NCBI GenBank assembly: GCA_043812975.1
Contig: JBDRLP010000021.1
Location: 1-34,070 of the forward strand
Direction of reading: 5' to 3'
Source: Candidatus Iainarchaeum sp.
Lineage (GTDB): Archaea > Iainarchaeota > Iainarchaeia > Iainarchaeales > Iainarchaeaceae
Length of the DNA: 34,070 nucleotides
Shown here: positions 18,293-28,056 of the stretch, in pieces
Layout of the letters: each line of letters starts with the position of its first letter
Numbering within the stretch: the stretch's first letter is position 1
Notes under the pieces: model-generated
Told to the model about the DNA's origin: nothing
Databases searched by the model: none
The model's input: only the letters and a program-made list of their open reading frames with translations
Made by a program: the position numbers and the translations under genes

Positions 18293-18340
18293 TTTTGCTA
18301 ATGTAGGTGCTGGAACTGCTGATATAATTAAGTGAAAAAA

Positions 18341-19150
18341 TCATTTTTTGAATTTTTTTATTTCATTAAAAGGACCGGAAAGAGTTACCAAATTCCTTGA
18401 AAATTCAGCTTTTATGGTTGAAGAAAAAACAGTGATTAAACCCAAAGGAATATGGTTATTTTTTTCAACATAAGTGAAAAGTTTCTTTAAATCAGATTTT
18501 TCCATCTGAAAAGTATTGTTTCTTGATTTAGAATTAAATCTTGCAGCTAAAGCAACAAGAGTTTTTTCATTCTGGCACTCAACAGTAATTTCTTTATCAG
18601 AAAAAAGCGAACCTAAAAGCTTTGCAGAATTCTTATTCAAAGGTTTTGCAAAAGAATCATTAAAATCAAGTTCTTTCAAAGAATTAATTTGCTCATCCAG
18701 AACTCCGGAAATATAATTCAAATGTTTTACTTTTTTCTTTAATTGCTGTTCAACCTGCTCGAGGTTTGAAATTGAAAAATCAAGCGAACTCTTAGAAGTT
18801 TTTAACAAATCATTATCATCGCGTCCTCTCTGAATCATGACCTGTAGTTTACTCACAATAAAGTCAACATCATTCTCAGGTTTTTTTTGTTTCAATGAAT
18901 CATTCAACCCAATAACAAGTTTGTTTTTTATTTCAGAATAAATTTCAGATTTGCCTTTTTCCAAAAGATAAAATCGGTTGCCTTTTCTTGAAAGAAAACC
19001 AAAAGTAGTTAAGTCCTTAAGCGAACGCGAAAGAGCAGCTCTCGCAGAATTAATGTTAGAATAAGAAGACGCAAATTTATTGAGAAGAGAATTATAATCA
19101 ATTCCCTCATTCTGCTTTACAATTAAAAGTATAGTATTTTTAGTACTCAT
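18341..19150 (-). CDS. Hypothetical protein with N-terminal winged helix and coiled coil
   Basis: SARAALSRSLKDLTTFGFLSRKGNRFYL wHTH-like pattern. Confidence 0.65.
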   Translation of the reverse strand: MSTKNTILLIVKQNEGIDYNSLLNKFASSYSNINSARAALSRSLKDLTTFGFLSRKGNRFYLLEKGKSEIYSEIKNKLVIGLNDSLKQKKPENDVDFIVSKLQVMIQRGRDDNDLLKTSKSSLDFSISNLEQVEQQLKKKVKHLNYISGVLDEQINSLKELDFNDSFAKPLNKNSAKLLGSLFSDKEITVECQNEKTLVALAARFNSKSRNNTFQMEKSDLKKLFTYVEKNNHIPLGLITVFSSTIKAEFSRNLVTLSGPFNEIKKFKK

Positions 19151-19219
19151 GCAAGAATTAACAAAAAAAAGAATTTAAATGGAATGTTAACGAAGTTAAG
19201 TAGTTACGGAGTAACGAAG

Positions 19220-19507
19220 TTAAGCTTTTGATTTCAATTCTGCTTTTTTCATTCTTTTAGGGATAACCCTGTATTTCTTCATTTTACAGACTGTACATTC
19301 TGCAATAAAAGTAGGTTTTTTGTTCTGTTTTTTGACAGTAGCCGTGAACTCTGCTTTTCCGCCATAACCGGCTTTGTGCTTTCGCTCGTTCTGCCTTGTT
19401 CCCCAGCTTAAAGCCCTTGCTTTTCCTGGTTTGAACTGTTTGAGCTTATGCTCGGTGTGCGTATTGCATTTCGCACAAAAAAGCATTTGTTCCTTTGGAA
19501 TATTCAT
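19220..19507 (-). CDS. rpl44e: 50S ribosomal protein L44e (eL42)
   Basis: CAKCNTHTEH, GYGG and CTVC zinc ribbon. Confidence 0.93.
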   Translation of the reverse strand: MNIPKEQMLFCAKCNTHTEHKLKQFKPGKARALSWGTRQNERKHKAGYGGKAEFTATVKKQNKKPTFIAECTVCKMKKYRVIPKRMKKAELKSKA

Positions 19508-19570
19508 TAAAAATCACTCAAAATAAAGAGTATTTCCTATTAAAAATCTTTAAAAAGACCTATATTTAGG

Positions 19571-19626
19571 TTCTCTTTCTTTTTGGTCGAGCTTTTTATT
19601 TCTCTTTAAGAGAAAGAAAAAGGTCG
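19571..19626. other. Potential intramolecular triplex and palindrome motif
   Basis: TTCTCTTTCTTTTT, TTTTTATTTCTCTT and AAGAGAAAGAAAAA arranged as mirror plus inverted repeats. Confidence 0.6.
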
Positions 19627-19711
19627 CTAAATAATAGCATTAAGCAAGGTTTAAAAAGGATTGGCGAAACGTTCCAGAAAGAGTTAAATACAAAAACAGC
19701 GTCTTCATTAC

Positions 19712-20503
19712 ATGTTTAAAGCACTTATAGGTGGTTTTACAGAACTAACAAAAAAACCCAGTTATATGATTCCTTCACTTGCGGGAATGATTGCAAGTCT
19801 CATTGTTTTAGTGCTTACAATTGAAAGCTATTTCAATGTTTTTTATAATTCATTAATTTTGGAAGAAACTCCGCAATCAAGTCTGATTGAGTTTCCTTTT
19901 CACATGGTTTCATTCTACGGAGCAGACCTTATTGTAATTGGTTTAGCTACATTCATTTCAATCGGAATCAGTTTTTACATGATTTATGTTTATGCATCAC
20001 TCCTTAAGGATAAAGAAAAATCAGCAATAAAGGCATTCACAAAAAACCTGAAAAAAACAAGCGAAATAATATGGCTGACTTTTTTTGTTTTTGTCGGGTT
20101 ATTTTTATACTTAGTAATAGCTTATGCATTATTCGTGGCAAGCGTTACTTATGAAGGGCTTGGAATAATCACTTTCTTATTGTTTTTAGCATGGCTGATA
20201 ATTGGTTTTATTGCTTATCTGAACCTTATTTTTACACCAGTAATAATGGCAGTTGAAAAGAAAAAACTAAAACCGGCATTAAAAGCAAGCTGGCAATGGA
20301 GTAAAAAAAGAATAATAGGAATAGCAATTTTTATTGCAGTGCTTGGATTTATTACTGGTTTAGTTGGAACCATTTTCTCAGTAATCGGAGAATCTGTAGG
20401 AATAGAAGAACTAGGAGTTTTAATCCTGCTTATCGGCCTAGGTTTTACAAATGCATATTACAATATTACATTTATAAAATTCTACCTCAACCACAGGCAG
20501 TGA
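19712..20503 (+). CDS. Multi-pass membrane protein
   Basis: About six TM helices; ALKASWQWSK motif typical of DUF975/GPDPase-membrane-like proteins. Confidence 0.7.
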   Translation: MFKALIGGFTELTKKPSYMIPSLAGMIASLIVLVLTIESYFNVFYNSLILEETPQSSLIEFPFHMVSFYGADLIVIGLATFISIGISFYMIYVYASLLKDKEKSAIKAFTKNLKKTSEIIWLTFFVFVGLFLYLVIAYALFVASVTYEGLGIITFLLFLAWLIIGFIAYLNLIFTPVIMAVEKKKLKPALKASWQWSKKRIIGIAIFIAVLGFITGLVGTIFSVIGESVGIEELGVLILLIGLGFTNAYYNITFIKFYLNHRQ

Positions 20504-20558
20504 AAAAAAATTGTTTTTAAAACAACCCCCTATTCATTAATTAGTAAAGTGGTTTGAA

Positions 20559-23500
20559 TTGACAAAAATAACACAGTTAAAACTAAAAAATTTCAAGTCT
20601 TTTAAAAAAGCAGAGATTCCTTTCGCAAGAGGATTTACTGCAATAGCAGGCGCAAACGCATCAGGGAAATGTGTAATTGGAGAAACAATGGTTGCTTTAC
20701 CCAATGGCGAACAGAAGAAAATCAGTGAAATTGTAAAGGAAAAACTTGAAAACACAACTGCCAAAAAATTTTTAGAAGATGGAGTTATAGGATTTAATCA
20801 GGATTCAGATTTCAAGGTAATGAGCCTGAACTTGAACACACTTAAGCTTGAAGAAAGAACAGTGCAGGCAGTTGTCAAAAGAACAGCCCCTAAAAAACTC
20901 CTGAAAATAAGAACACGGAACGGAAGAGAAATAACAACCACAGATTACCACCCATTCTTTAGTGTCGGCAAAAAAGGATTATACTCACTCAAAGCAAGCG
21001 AATTAAAAGAAAAACAATTCATTGCAACCCCTCGAAATCTCAGTGAAAGAAAAAAAGAGCTTTTCTTTTGTGAACTTCTGGAAGAAATTGAACCAAAAAA
21101 CAATTTATACGCCCCGTTCAACCAAAGGTATCTAGAAATAATCCAAAATTACATTAAGGCAACAGGCTATACAACAAAAGAAACAGCAAAAGAAATGGAC
21201 ATTCCGGAAAACGCGATAAAAGGACTTAAGGACAAGCAGGCAATAAATTTGGCGCATCTCATAAAAATTTTGAAGACAATTGGTTTTGAAAATGAACAAA
21301 TAACAGAATTAGTACCAATAGTCAAGGGAAAAACTTCCAAAAAAGAAATTAAAATGATTTGGAAAAACTCACAAGAATTTTCAAGATTACTTGGATATTT
21401 TTTTGCAGAAGGGAGCTTTTCTGGGAAAAATCCGAGATTAGCCAATGAATCAACAGAAATAATAGAAGACATAAAAAATATTTGCGAAAAATTAACCGGT
21501 AAAAAAGTTTTCATTAAAAAATACAAAGAAAATTCTTTTGATTTAATAATCAATTCACATGCATTCTATCAATTGCTGTCAAAATTCGGGTTGGAAGAAA
21601 AATCAGGGGCACGAGGGAAAAAAATCAAGGAAATATTCTTCAAACATTCCGACAAAGAAGAACTAGCTGCTTTTTTGGACGGTTATCTCTCAGGAGACGG
21701 GTATATATCCAAAAGTACGGTGAGTTCAGCGACAGCTAGCGAAGAACTCGCCAAAGGAATAGAAAGAATATACCTTGGATTGGGTATAGTTCCATCAACA
21801 AGAAAAACCAATAAAAAAATAAAGAAAACAGGATTCGAAGGAAACTACTTTGAAGTAACTATAAGCGGAGCCACAAACATAAGCGAATTTACAAAAAAAG
21901 TCAGTTTAACACACATACAAAAAATGCTGAAAATTAGAAGACTCTGTAAAAAAAGAAAACACACAAATACAGATCTCATACCGCACATCAACAATATTAT
22001 AAAAGAAGCCTGCATCGAAAACCAAATTAAATACGCAAGAAAAAAAAACAAAAACATTAAACTGAAATCATACACTGATTTTGCCTGCCACCCAAGCAGA
22101 CATGGTTTGCAGGAAGTGCTCCAACAGGAATTCAAAGGAAAACAATCAGAAAAAACAGTTGTTTTGCATGCACTCGCGGATTCCCAAGTTTTCTGGGACC
22201 AGATAACAAGCATAAAAGAAGTAACAAAAAAACCAAGACATGTTTATGATTTAACAGTTGAAGAAACACACAACTTTGTTGCAAATAACATAATTATACA
22301 CAACAGCAACATATTAGATGCATTGCTTTTTGCCATAGGAATAACCTCGCTGAAAATGCTCAGAGCATCAAGACTTACTGAACTTGTAAATCACGATTCC
22401 AAAGACGGTTATGCGAAAGTAGAACTTACTCTTGAAGATGATAATGGAAAAGAAATTCAAGTAACGAGAATTATTGATAAACAAGGAAAGAGCATTTACA
22501 AATTAGATGGAAAAAGAAAAACCCTGAACGAAATACAATCTTTACTTCTTGAAATAGGAATAAACCCTAACGGACACAACATTGTTGTACAGGGAGACAT
22601 TACAAGAATTACTGAAATGAATGCAAAGCAAAGAAAGCGCATTATTGAGGAAGTTGCGGGTTTACAGGAGTTTGAAGAAAAGAAAGAAGAAGCAATAAAA
22701 AAACTGGAAAAGGTTGAGCAAAAAGTAAAGGACGCAACTCTTGTTCTTAATGAAAGAGAAATTTACCTACAGCAGCTTGAACAGGAAAGGGGAAACGCAT
22801 TAAAGTATAATGAATTACAGGAAGAAGTGAAAAGATCCAAAGCAACAATTCTTTCAGAGGAAATTAAAATCATTAAAAAAGAACTAGGCGGAGCAAAAAA
22901 ACAATTAGATGAAATGCAAAAAGAAATCGGAGATAAGAGAAAGGAAAGAGATAAGCTTCAGGAAGAGGAAAGAGAATTAGAAACAAAAGTAGAAGAAGCA
23001 ACAAAAAAACTTATAGCTTCCAGCGAAAAAACTTATTCTGGTTTAGGAAAAGAAGTCGAACAGAAAAAAGGACATCTTGTGCTGCTTAATGAGCGTTTTA
23101 ATTCAAGGAATTATATAATTGAAGAAAAATCTGCAAGGAAAGAAAAACTGAAAGAAGAAGAAAAAGAAACAAAAAAAATAAAGGAAGAAAAAGAAGAACA
23201 ACTAAAACAGGCATCTTATTCACTTGAAAAAACCAATGAACAACTAAAAAGCATCCAGCAGCACATTAACTCAAAGAGCCCTAAGCTAGAGGAAAAAAAA
23301 GAAGGAACTCAGAGCAGTGAGGAAATTTATTACAAGTTAGGAAAAGAAATCGAGGAATTAAAAGAAAAACTGCACGAAGCCAGAATTTCCAAAAACAACC
23401 ATGAGAAAGAAATCAATTCTGCAAAACATAGCCTTCAGGAACTAGAAACGCGAAAAAGCAAACTGGAAATAAAAATAAGAGAAAAAGAAGAATTAGAGAA

Positions 23501-25181
23501 AAAAATCATTCACCTTGAAGGCAAAGCCCCAAATGAAAGATTAGAAGCAAAGGAAAAAGAACTTGAAAAACTAATGAATGAACTTCACGTTTCAAAAGGA
23601 AAACATGAAAGCATTCATGAAGCAATTGAAACTTTACAGCAAACAAAATCCGAGTGTCCTATATGCGATAAACCTCTTGAAAAAAATACTAAAGAAACTA
23701 TTACAGGCAAAAAGCGGAAGGAAATAGGGGAACTTAAAACAAAAATCGCAGAACTTACCGCGCAAAGGGAAAAGATTGAAGAAGAAAAGAAAAAAATTAA
23801 GATTGATGAAAAGGAACTGGCAGAACTCAAATACTCTATAAAATCATTCACAGGTTCGGACGAGGAATTTGCAAGTATAAAAGAAAATATAACTAAGCTG
23901 AAAGAAACTGCTTCATCCAAAGAACATGAAAAGTACAGCAAACAAGAAAAGGAACTAGAAAACAAAATAGACGGGTTGCAAATCAGAAGAAGCGAGGTTG
24001 AAAAGAAAATTAATGATTTTAAGCAGAGTGAAGCCAACATCGAAATGAACCAGCTTCTACATAAAATGCAGGATTTGAATGAACAAAAAAACGAAAAAGG
24101 CAGGTTTGTAACAGAGTTAAGCACTGAAATTGAAAAGGTTCTGAAGCACAGGCTTGAAAGCATTAAGGAAGAGGAAAAAATAATAGAAAAGGAACTTAAC
24201 GAAACTAAAAAAGGCATTGCTGAAATCAGGGAAGAAAAAGAAAAGGAAGAAAAGGAACTTGAAAAAATGGAAGCTGAACTTGAAAAATCAAGCAAAGCAA
24301 ACAAATTACTCGAAGAAGAAAAAGACAGATTAACAACAAAAATAAAGAACATTTCAGAAAAAAGAGATATACTTGGAAGGAAAATTGAAAATCAGGAAAA
24401 GGAAGTTAATGAAATTAATTTGAACCAATCCAAAAATGAAGTGAGGATTGTTGATCTTGAAGAAGAATTCAAGGATTATTCTGCTGTTAAAGTTCTTTCA
24501 GAATTTGTTCTTAATGATTTGAAAACAAGAATTCCGGAAATAGAAAAGGAAGTTGAAAAACTTGGAGCTATTAATATGAAGGCTCTGGAAAACTTTGATG
24601 CTTACAAAAAAGAAGTTGATGATGTAAGAGAAAAAGCAACTAAGCTTGATGAAGAAAGGAAAGCAGTAATAGAAATGATTGATAAAATAGAAGTAAAAAA
24701 ACTGAATGTGTTTATGGAATGTTTTAATCACGTTTCTAAAAAATTCTCAGAACTTTATTACAATTTCTTTGAAGGTGAAGGTCACCTTGACTTAACAGAT
24801 AAAGAAAGCCCGCTGGAAGGAGGTCTGCTTATACAGGCAAAGTACAAGGAAGATGTAATGAAAAGTATTGATGCAATGAGTGGAGGAGAAAAGAGTTTAA
24901 CTGCAATGGCATTCCTGTTCGCAATCCAGAGCTTTGAACCTGCACCATTTTACATTTTTGATGAGGTTGATGCTGCACTTGACAAGGATAATTCTATTAA
25001 AGTAGGTAAAATGATTAAAGGCCAGAGTGGGTATAGTCAGTTTATTTCAATCAGCCACAATGACTCAGTAATTAATCAGGCAGACCAAATTATTGGAGTT
25101 GCTTTGAATAAACAAAAAAGTTCTATAATTGGGTTGAAATTGAAGAAAGAAACTCCTTCTTCCACGCATGCTGAGGCATGA
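20559..25181 (+). CDS. smc: SMC-family ATPase (intein-containing, approx. 995 aa mature) with central CXXC and no recognisable hinge
   Basis: NFKSF, Walker A GANASGK/S split by intein, Q-loop VVQGDI, LGAINMKALE, MSGGEKS signature, PAPFYIFDEVDAALD; TTG start. Confidence 0.85.
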   Translation: MTKITQLKLKNFKSFKKAEIPFARGFTAIAGANASGKCVIGETMVALPNGEQKKISEIVKEKLENTTAKKFLEDGVIGFNQDSDFKVMSLNLNTLKLEERTVQAVVKRTAPKKLLKIRTRNGREITTTDYHPFFSVGKKGLYSLKASELKEKQFIATPRNLSERKKELFFCELLEEIEPKNNLYAPFNQRYLEIIQNYIKATGYTTKETAKEMDIPENAIKGLKDKQAINLAHLIKILKTIGFENEQITELVPIVKGKTSKKEIKMIWKNSQEFSRLLGYFFAEGSFSGKNPRLANESTEIIEDIKNICEKLTGKKVFIKKYKENSFDLIINSHAFYQLLSKFGLEEKSGARGKKIKEIFFKHSDKEELAAFLDGYLSGDGYISKSTVSSATASEELAKGIERIYLGLGIVPSTRKTNKKIKKTGFEGNYFEVTISGATNISEFTKKVSLTHIQKMLKIRRLCKKRKHTNTDLIPHINNIIKEACIENQIKYARKKNKNIKLKSYTDFACHPSRHGLQEVLQQEFKGKQSEKTVVLHALADSQVFWDQITSIKEVTKKPRHVYDLTVEETHNFVANNIIIHNSNILDALLFAIGITSLKMLRASRLTELVNHDSKDGYAKVELTLEDDNGKEIQVTRIIDKQGKSIYKLDGKRKTLNEIQSLLLEIGINPNGHNIVVQGDITRITEMNAKQRKRIIEEVAGLQEFEEKKEEAIKKLEKVEQKVKDATLVLNEREIYLQQLEQERGNALKYNELQEEVKRSKATILSEEIKIIKKELGGAKKQLDEMQKEIGDKRKERDKLQEEERELETKVEEATKKLIASSEKTYSGLGKEVEQKKGHLVLLNERFNSRNYIIEEKSARKEKLKEEEKETKKIKEEKEEQLKQASYSLEKTNEQLKSIQQHINSKSPKLEEKKEGTQSSEEIYYKLGKEIEELKEKLHEARISKNNHEKEINSAKHSLQELETRKSKLEIKIREKEELEKKIIHLEGKAPNERLEAKEKELEKLMNELHVSKGKHESIHEAIETLQQTKSECPICDKPLEKNTKETITGKKRKEIGELKTKIAELTAQREKIEEEKKKIKIDEKELAELKYSIKSFTGSDEEFASIKENITKLKETASSKEHEKYSKQEKELENKIDGLQIRRSEVEKKINDFKQSEANIEMNQLLHKMQDLNEQKNEKGRFVTELSTEIEKVLKHRLESIKEEEKIIEKELNETKKGIAEIREEKEKEEKELEKMEAELEKSSKANKLLEEEKDRLTTKIKNISEKRDILGRKIENQEKEVNEINLNQSKNEVRIVDLEEEFKDYSAVKVLSEFVLNDLKTRIPEIEKEVEKLGAINMKALENFDAYKKEVDDVREKATKLDEERKAVIEMIDKIEVKKLNVFMECFNHVSKKFSELYYNFFEGEGHLDLTDKESPLEGGLLIQAKYKEDVMKSIDAMSGGEKSLTAMAFLFAIQSFEPAPFYIFDEVDAALDKDNSIKVGKMIKGQSGYSQFISISHNDSVINQADQIIGVALNKQKSSIIGLKLKKETPSSTHAEA
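20670..22304 (+). mobile_element. 545-aa intein with LAGLIDADG homing endonuclease in the SMC Walker A motif
   Basis: Starts CVIGET; block B TTDYHPFF; LAGLIDADG-like LLGYFFAEGSF and FLDGYLSGDGYI; ends VYDLTVEETHNFVANNIIIHN followed by +1 Ser. Confidence 0.96.
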
Positions 25182-25201
25182 AAAGTTCTGGACTTTCGTT
25201 T

Positions 25202-25543
25202 TTATTCAACTGATAAACCGCACGTTAAACGAGAAATTTCAACCAAATTTTCGTAAGTAGTGCGTTTTTTTGTTAACTTAATTATTCTCTCGGCTAAAAG
25301 TTGTTGATTGAAAGACAATTCTCCCGACTCACGCCAACTAGCTATTAACCTACCAATAAATTGTTTTTCTTTATGACCCTCTGTTAAAATTTTTTTTCTT
25401 TTAGATGCCACAGATTCCTTAGCATAGTCCACTAATATTCTTGTCAGCCTCTCATCATGATCTTCAGTAATACGGAATCTAAATCCTCTGTTTAATTCCC
25501 CATAAGAAGGTCTTTTGTATTTACTTTTTCTTGGAACACCCAT
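25202..25543 (-). CDS. Basic hypothetical protein
   Basis: Open frame between smc and hppA; ATG 25543 (MGVPRKSKYKRP) preferred. Confidence 0.5.
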   Translation of the reverse strand: MGVPRKSKYKRPSYGELNRGFRFRITEDHDERLTRILVDYAKESVASKRKKILTEGHKEKQFIGRLIASWRESGELSFNQQLLAERIIKLTKKRTTYENLVEISRLTCGLSVE

Positions 25544-25664
25544 AATACAAAAATAACCCAAAAAGAATAAAACCATACAATCTTGCTTTCACTGCCAACA
25601 AATAGCATTTCTACAGACCCAAAAAAAAGAAAACTATTATATACTTCAAAATAATTCTATTATT

Positions 25665-25871
25665 ATGCCAAAGAGAATAAAGCAAAAGAAACTTACAAGA
25701 ATAGAACCAGTAGTAGAAATACAATACAAAGGTGGCACTAAAATGAGATTAAATAAACAAGATGCAGAACGTTTTATAGACAATATGGATGCCAAGGTCA
25801 ATAGAGGACGTACATTAACTACTGAAGAAAAAGGAATGATTACAAAATTGCAAAGGTTTCTCCGAAGTTAA
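25665..25871 (+). CDS. Small basic hypothetical protein
   Basis: 68-aa ORF with TTATATA box approx. 25 nt upstream, suggesting a leaderless transcript. Confidence 0.55.
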   Translation: MPKRIKQKKLTRIEPVVEIQYKGGTKMRLNKQDAERFIDNMDAKVNRGRTLTTEEKGMITKLQRFLRS

Positions 25872-25990
25872 ACTAGATAAAATTACATCCTGGTATGGGT
25901 TCCAATAAATTGAACAGAACCAGCCCAAAACAACTTTTATATACCTTTTGTATTTTATTCAATAGTTCTAATTTGGTAAAGTGAGTCTAT

Positions 25991-27982
25991 TTGGTATTGG
26001 AAATTATTATTGTAACAGGAATTATTGGTTTGGCATTCGCAGGTTATAACACAATTAGCCTTGAGAAGAAAGGAACCGGAACAGACAAAATGAGAGAAAT
26101 CTCAGGTTACATCAGAGAAGGAGCTTTTGCTTATCTGAAAAAGCAGTACTCAATTCTTGCGGTTTTTATTGTAATAATGACAATAGCACTTGTTTTGCTT
26201 ATCAGTCCTTTAACAGCAATTGCTTACGTTTTTGGAGCAGTAAGCAGTATTATAGCCGGCTTTTTAGGAATGAACTCAGCAACAAAAGCTAATGTAAGAA
26301 CCGCACATGCAGCCACTAAAAGCTTACAGGAAGCACTAGCAGTAGGATTCCAATCAGGATCAATTCTTAGTATGAGCACAGCAGGATTAGGATTAATCGG
26401 AATAGCATTAATGTACTTCTTATTTAACGACATGACAGTAGTAGCAGGATTTGCACTAGGAGCAAGTTCAGTAGCATTATTTGCAAGAGTTGGCGGAGGC
26501 ATTTACACTAAAGCAGCTGACGTCGGAGCAGATTTAGTTGGAAAGATTGAAGCAGGCATTCCGGAAGATGACCCAAGAAACCCAGCAACAATCGCAGACA
26601 ATGTTGGAGACAATGTTGGAGATGTTGCAGGAATGGGAGCAGACTTATTCGAAAGTTATGTTGGAAGTATTATTGCAGCAATGGCAATCGGAGTATTTAT
26701 TTTTGAAGGAACCGCAATATTTTTTCCGTTAATAATTTCAGCAATAGGACTCATTTCCTCAATAATAGGTTCATTTTTTGTAAAAGCAAAAGATGAAGCA
26801 GGAATCCACTCTGCATTAAACAACGGTTTGCTTGTAGCATCAGTAATTGTTCTTATTGGTTCTTATTTCGCAACAACAGCACTTGGAATTTTACCAGCAA
26901 CCTATGAAATAGGCGGAATCACTTATGAAGCACTCGGAATTTTTATTGCAATAATAACAGGAGTAGTAGCAGGAATTGGAATAGGAAAAATTACAGAATA
27001 CTACACTTCAGCAGATTACAGTCCGGTAAAGAAACTTGCTAAAGCAGCAGAAAGCGGAGTTGCAACAAATATTATTGAAGGACTTAGTTTAGGTTACGGT
27101 TCAACTGTAATCCCGATTCTTATTATTTCCGGAGCAACATTAATTTCTTTCCAGTTTGCAGGATTATACGGAATAGCAATCGCGGCAGTAGGAATGCTTT
27201 CCACCCTTGGGATTTCACTGGCAATTGATGCTTACGGACCTGTATCAGACAATGCAGGAGGCATTGCTGAGATGGCTGGAATGGGACCAAAAATAAGAAA
27301 AAGAACTGATGCTTTGGATTCAGCAGGAAACACTACTGCTGCTATTGGAAAAGGATTTGCAATAGGATCTGCAGCACTAACTGCATTAGCACTATTTGCT
27401 GCATTTGCACAGGCATTAAACTTGGAAGTTATTAACCTTATCAACCCACTAACAATTGTAGGTTTGTTCCTTGGATCAACAATAGCATTTGTATTCTCAG
27501 CACTCACAATGAATGCTGTTGGAAAAACAGCATTTGCAATGATTGAAGAAGTAAGGAGACAGTTCAAAGAAATAAAGGGCCTGATGGAAGGAAAAGCTAA
27601 GGCTGATTATGCTAAATGTGTTGAAATTTCCACACAAGGAGCATTAAGAGAAATGATTCTGCCTGGAGTAATTGCAATTCTTGCACCATTCATAGTAGGA
27701 ATTGTACTAGGACCAGAAGCACTAGGGGGGTTATTAGCAGGAGCACTTATCACAGGAGTAGGACTAGCTATTTCAATGGCTAACTCAGGCGGAGCATGGG
27801 ATAATGCCAAAAAGTACATTGAAGCAGGTGCTTTTGGAGGCAAAGGAAGTGAGGCTCACAAAGCAGCAGTAGTAGGAGACACAATAGGGGATCCTTATAA
27901 GGACACCACAGGGCCCTCTTTGAATATTCTAATTAAACTTATGACTATTGTGTCATTGATCTTTGTTCCTTTATTTCTTTAG
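25991..27982 (+). CDS. hppA: Membrane ion-translocating pyrophosphatase, K+-dependent type, probably Na+-pumping
   Basis: [35 protein letters not shown] and GGAWDNAKK motifs; GNTTAA (Ala) K+-dependence signature. Confidence 0.95.
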   Translation: MVLEIIIVTGIIGLAFAGYNTISLEKKGTGTDKMREISGYIREGAFAYLKKQYSILAVFIVIMTIALVLLISPLTAIAYVFGAVSSIIAGFLGMNSATKANVRTAHAATKSLQEALAVGFQSGSILSMSTAGLGLIGIALMYFLFNDMTVVAGFALGASSVALFARVGGGIYTKAADVGADLVGKIEAGIPEDDPRNPATIADNVGDNVGDVAGMGADLFESYVGSIIAAMAIGVFIFEGTAIFFPLIISAIGLISSIIGSFFVKAKDEAGIHSALNNGLLVASVIVLIGSYFATTALGILPATYEIGGITYEALGIFIAIITGVVAGIGIGKITEYYTSADYSPVKKLAKAAESGVATNIIEGLSLGYGSTVIPILIISGATLISFQFAGLYGIAIAAVGMLSTLGISLAIDAYGPVSDNAGGIAEMAGMGPKIRKRTDALDSAGNTTAAIGKGFAIGSAALTALALFAAFAQALNLEVINLINPLTIVGLFLGSTIAFVFSALTMNAVGKTAFAMIEEVRRQFKEIKGLMEGKAKADYAKCVEISTQGALREMILPGVIAILAPFIVGIVLGPEALGGLLAGALITGVGLAISMANSGGAWDNAKKYIEAGAFGGKGSEAHKAAVVGDTIGDPYKDTTGPSLNILIKLMTIVSLIFVPLFL

Positions 27983-28056
27983 ATTTTTTAATAAATTTTC
28001 TTCTATTTGATTCCTCAAGAATAAAATAAAAAATTAATTACAACAATCTAATTTTC

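Noticed and set aside
20559..25181. Calling the SMC-like protein Rad50
   Set aside because: Despite the CXXC, the D-loop (DEVDAALD) and flanking motifs are SMC-type rather than Rad50 DEPT, and no mre11 is adjacent.
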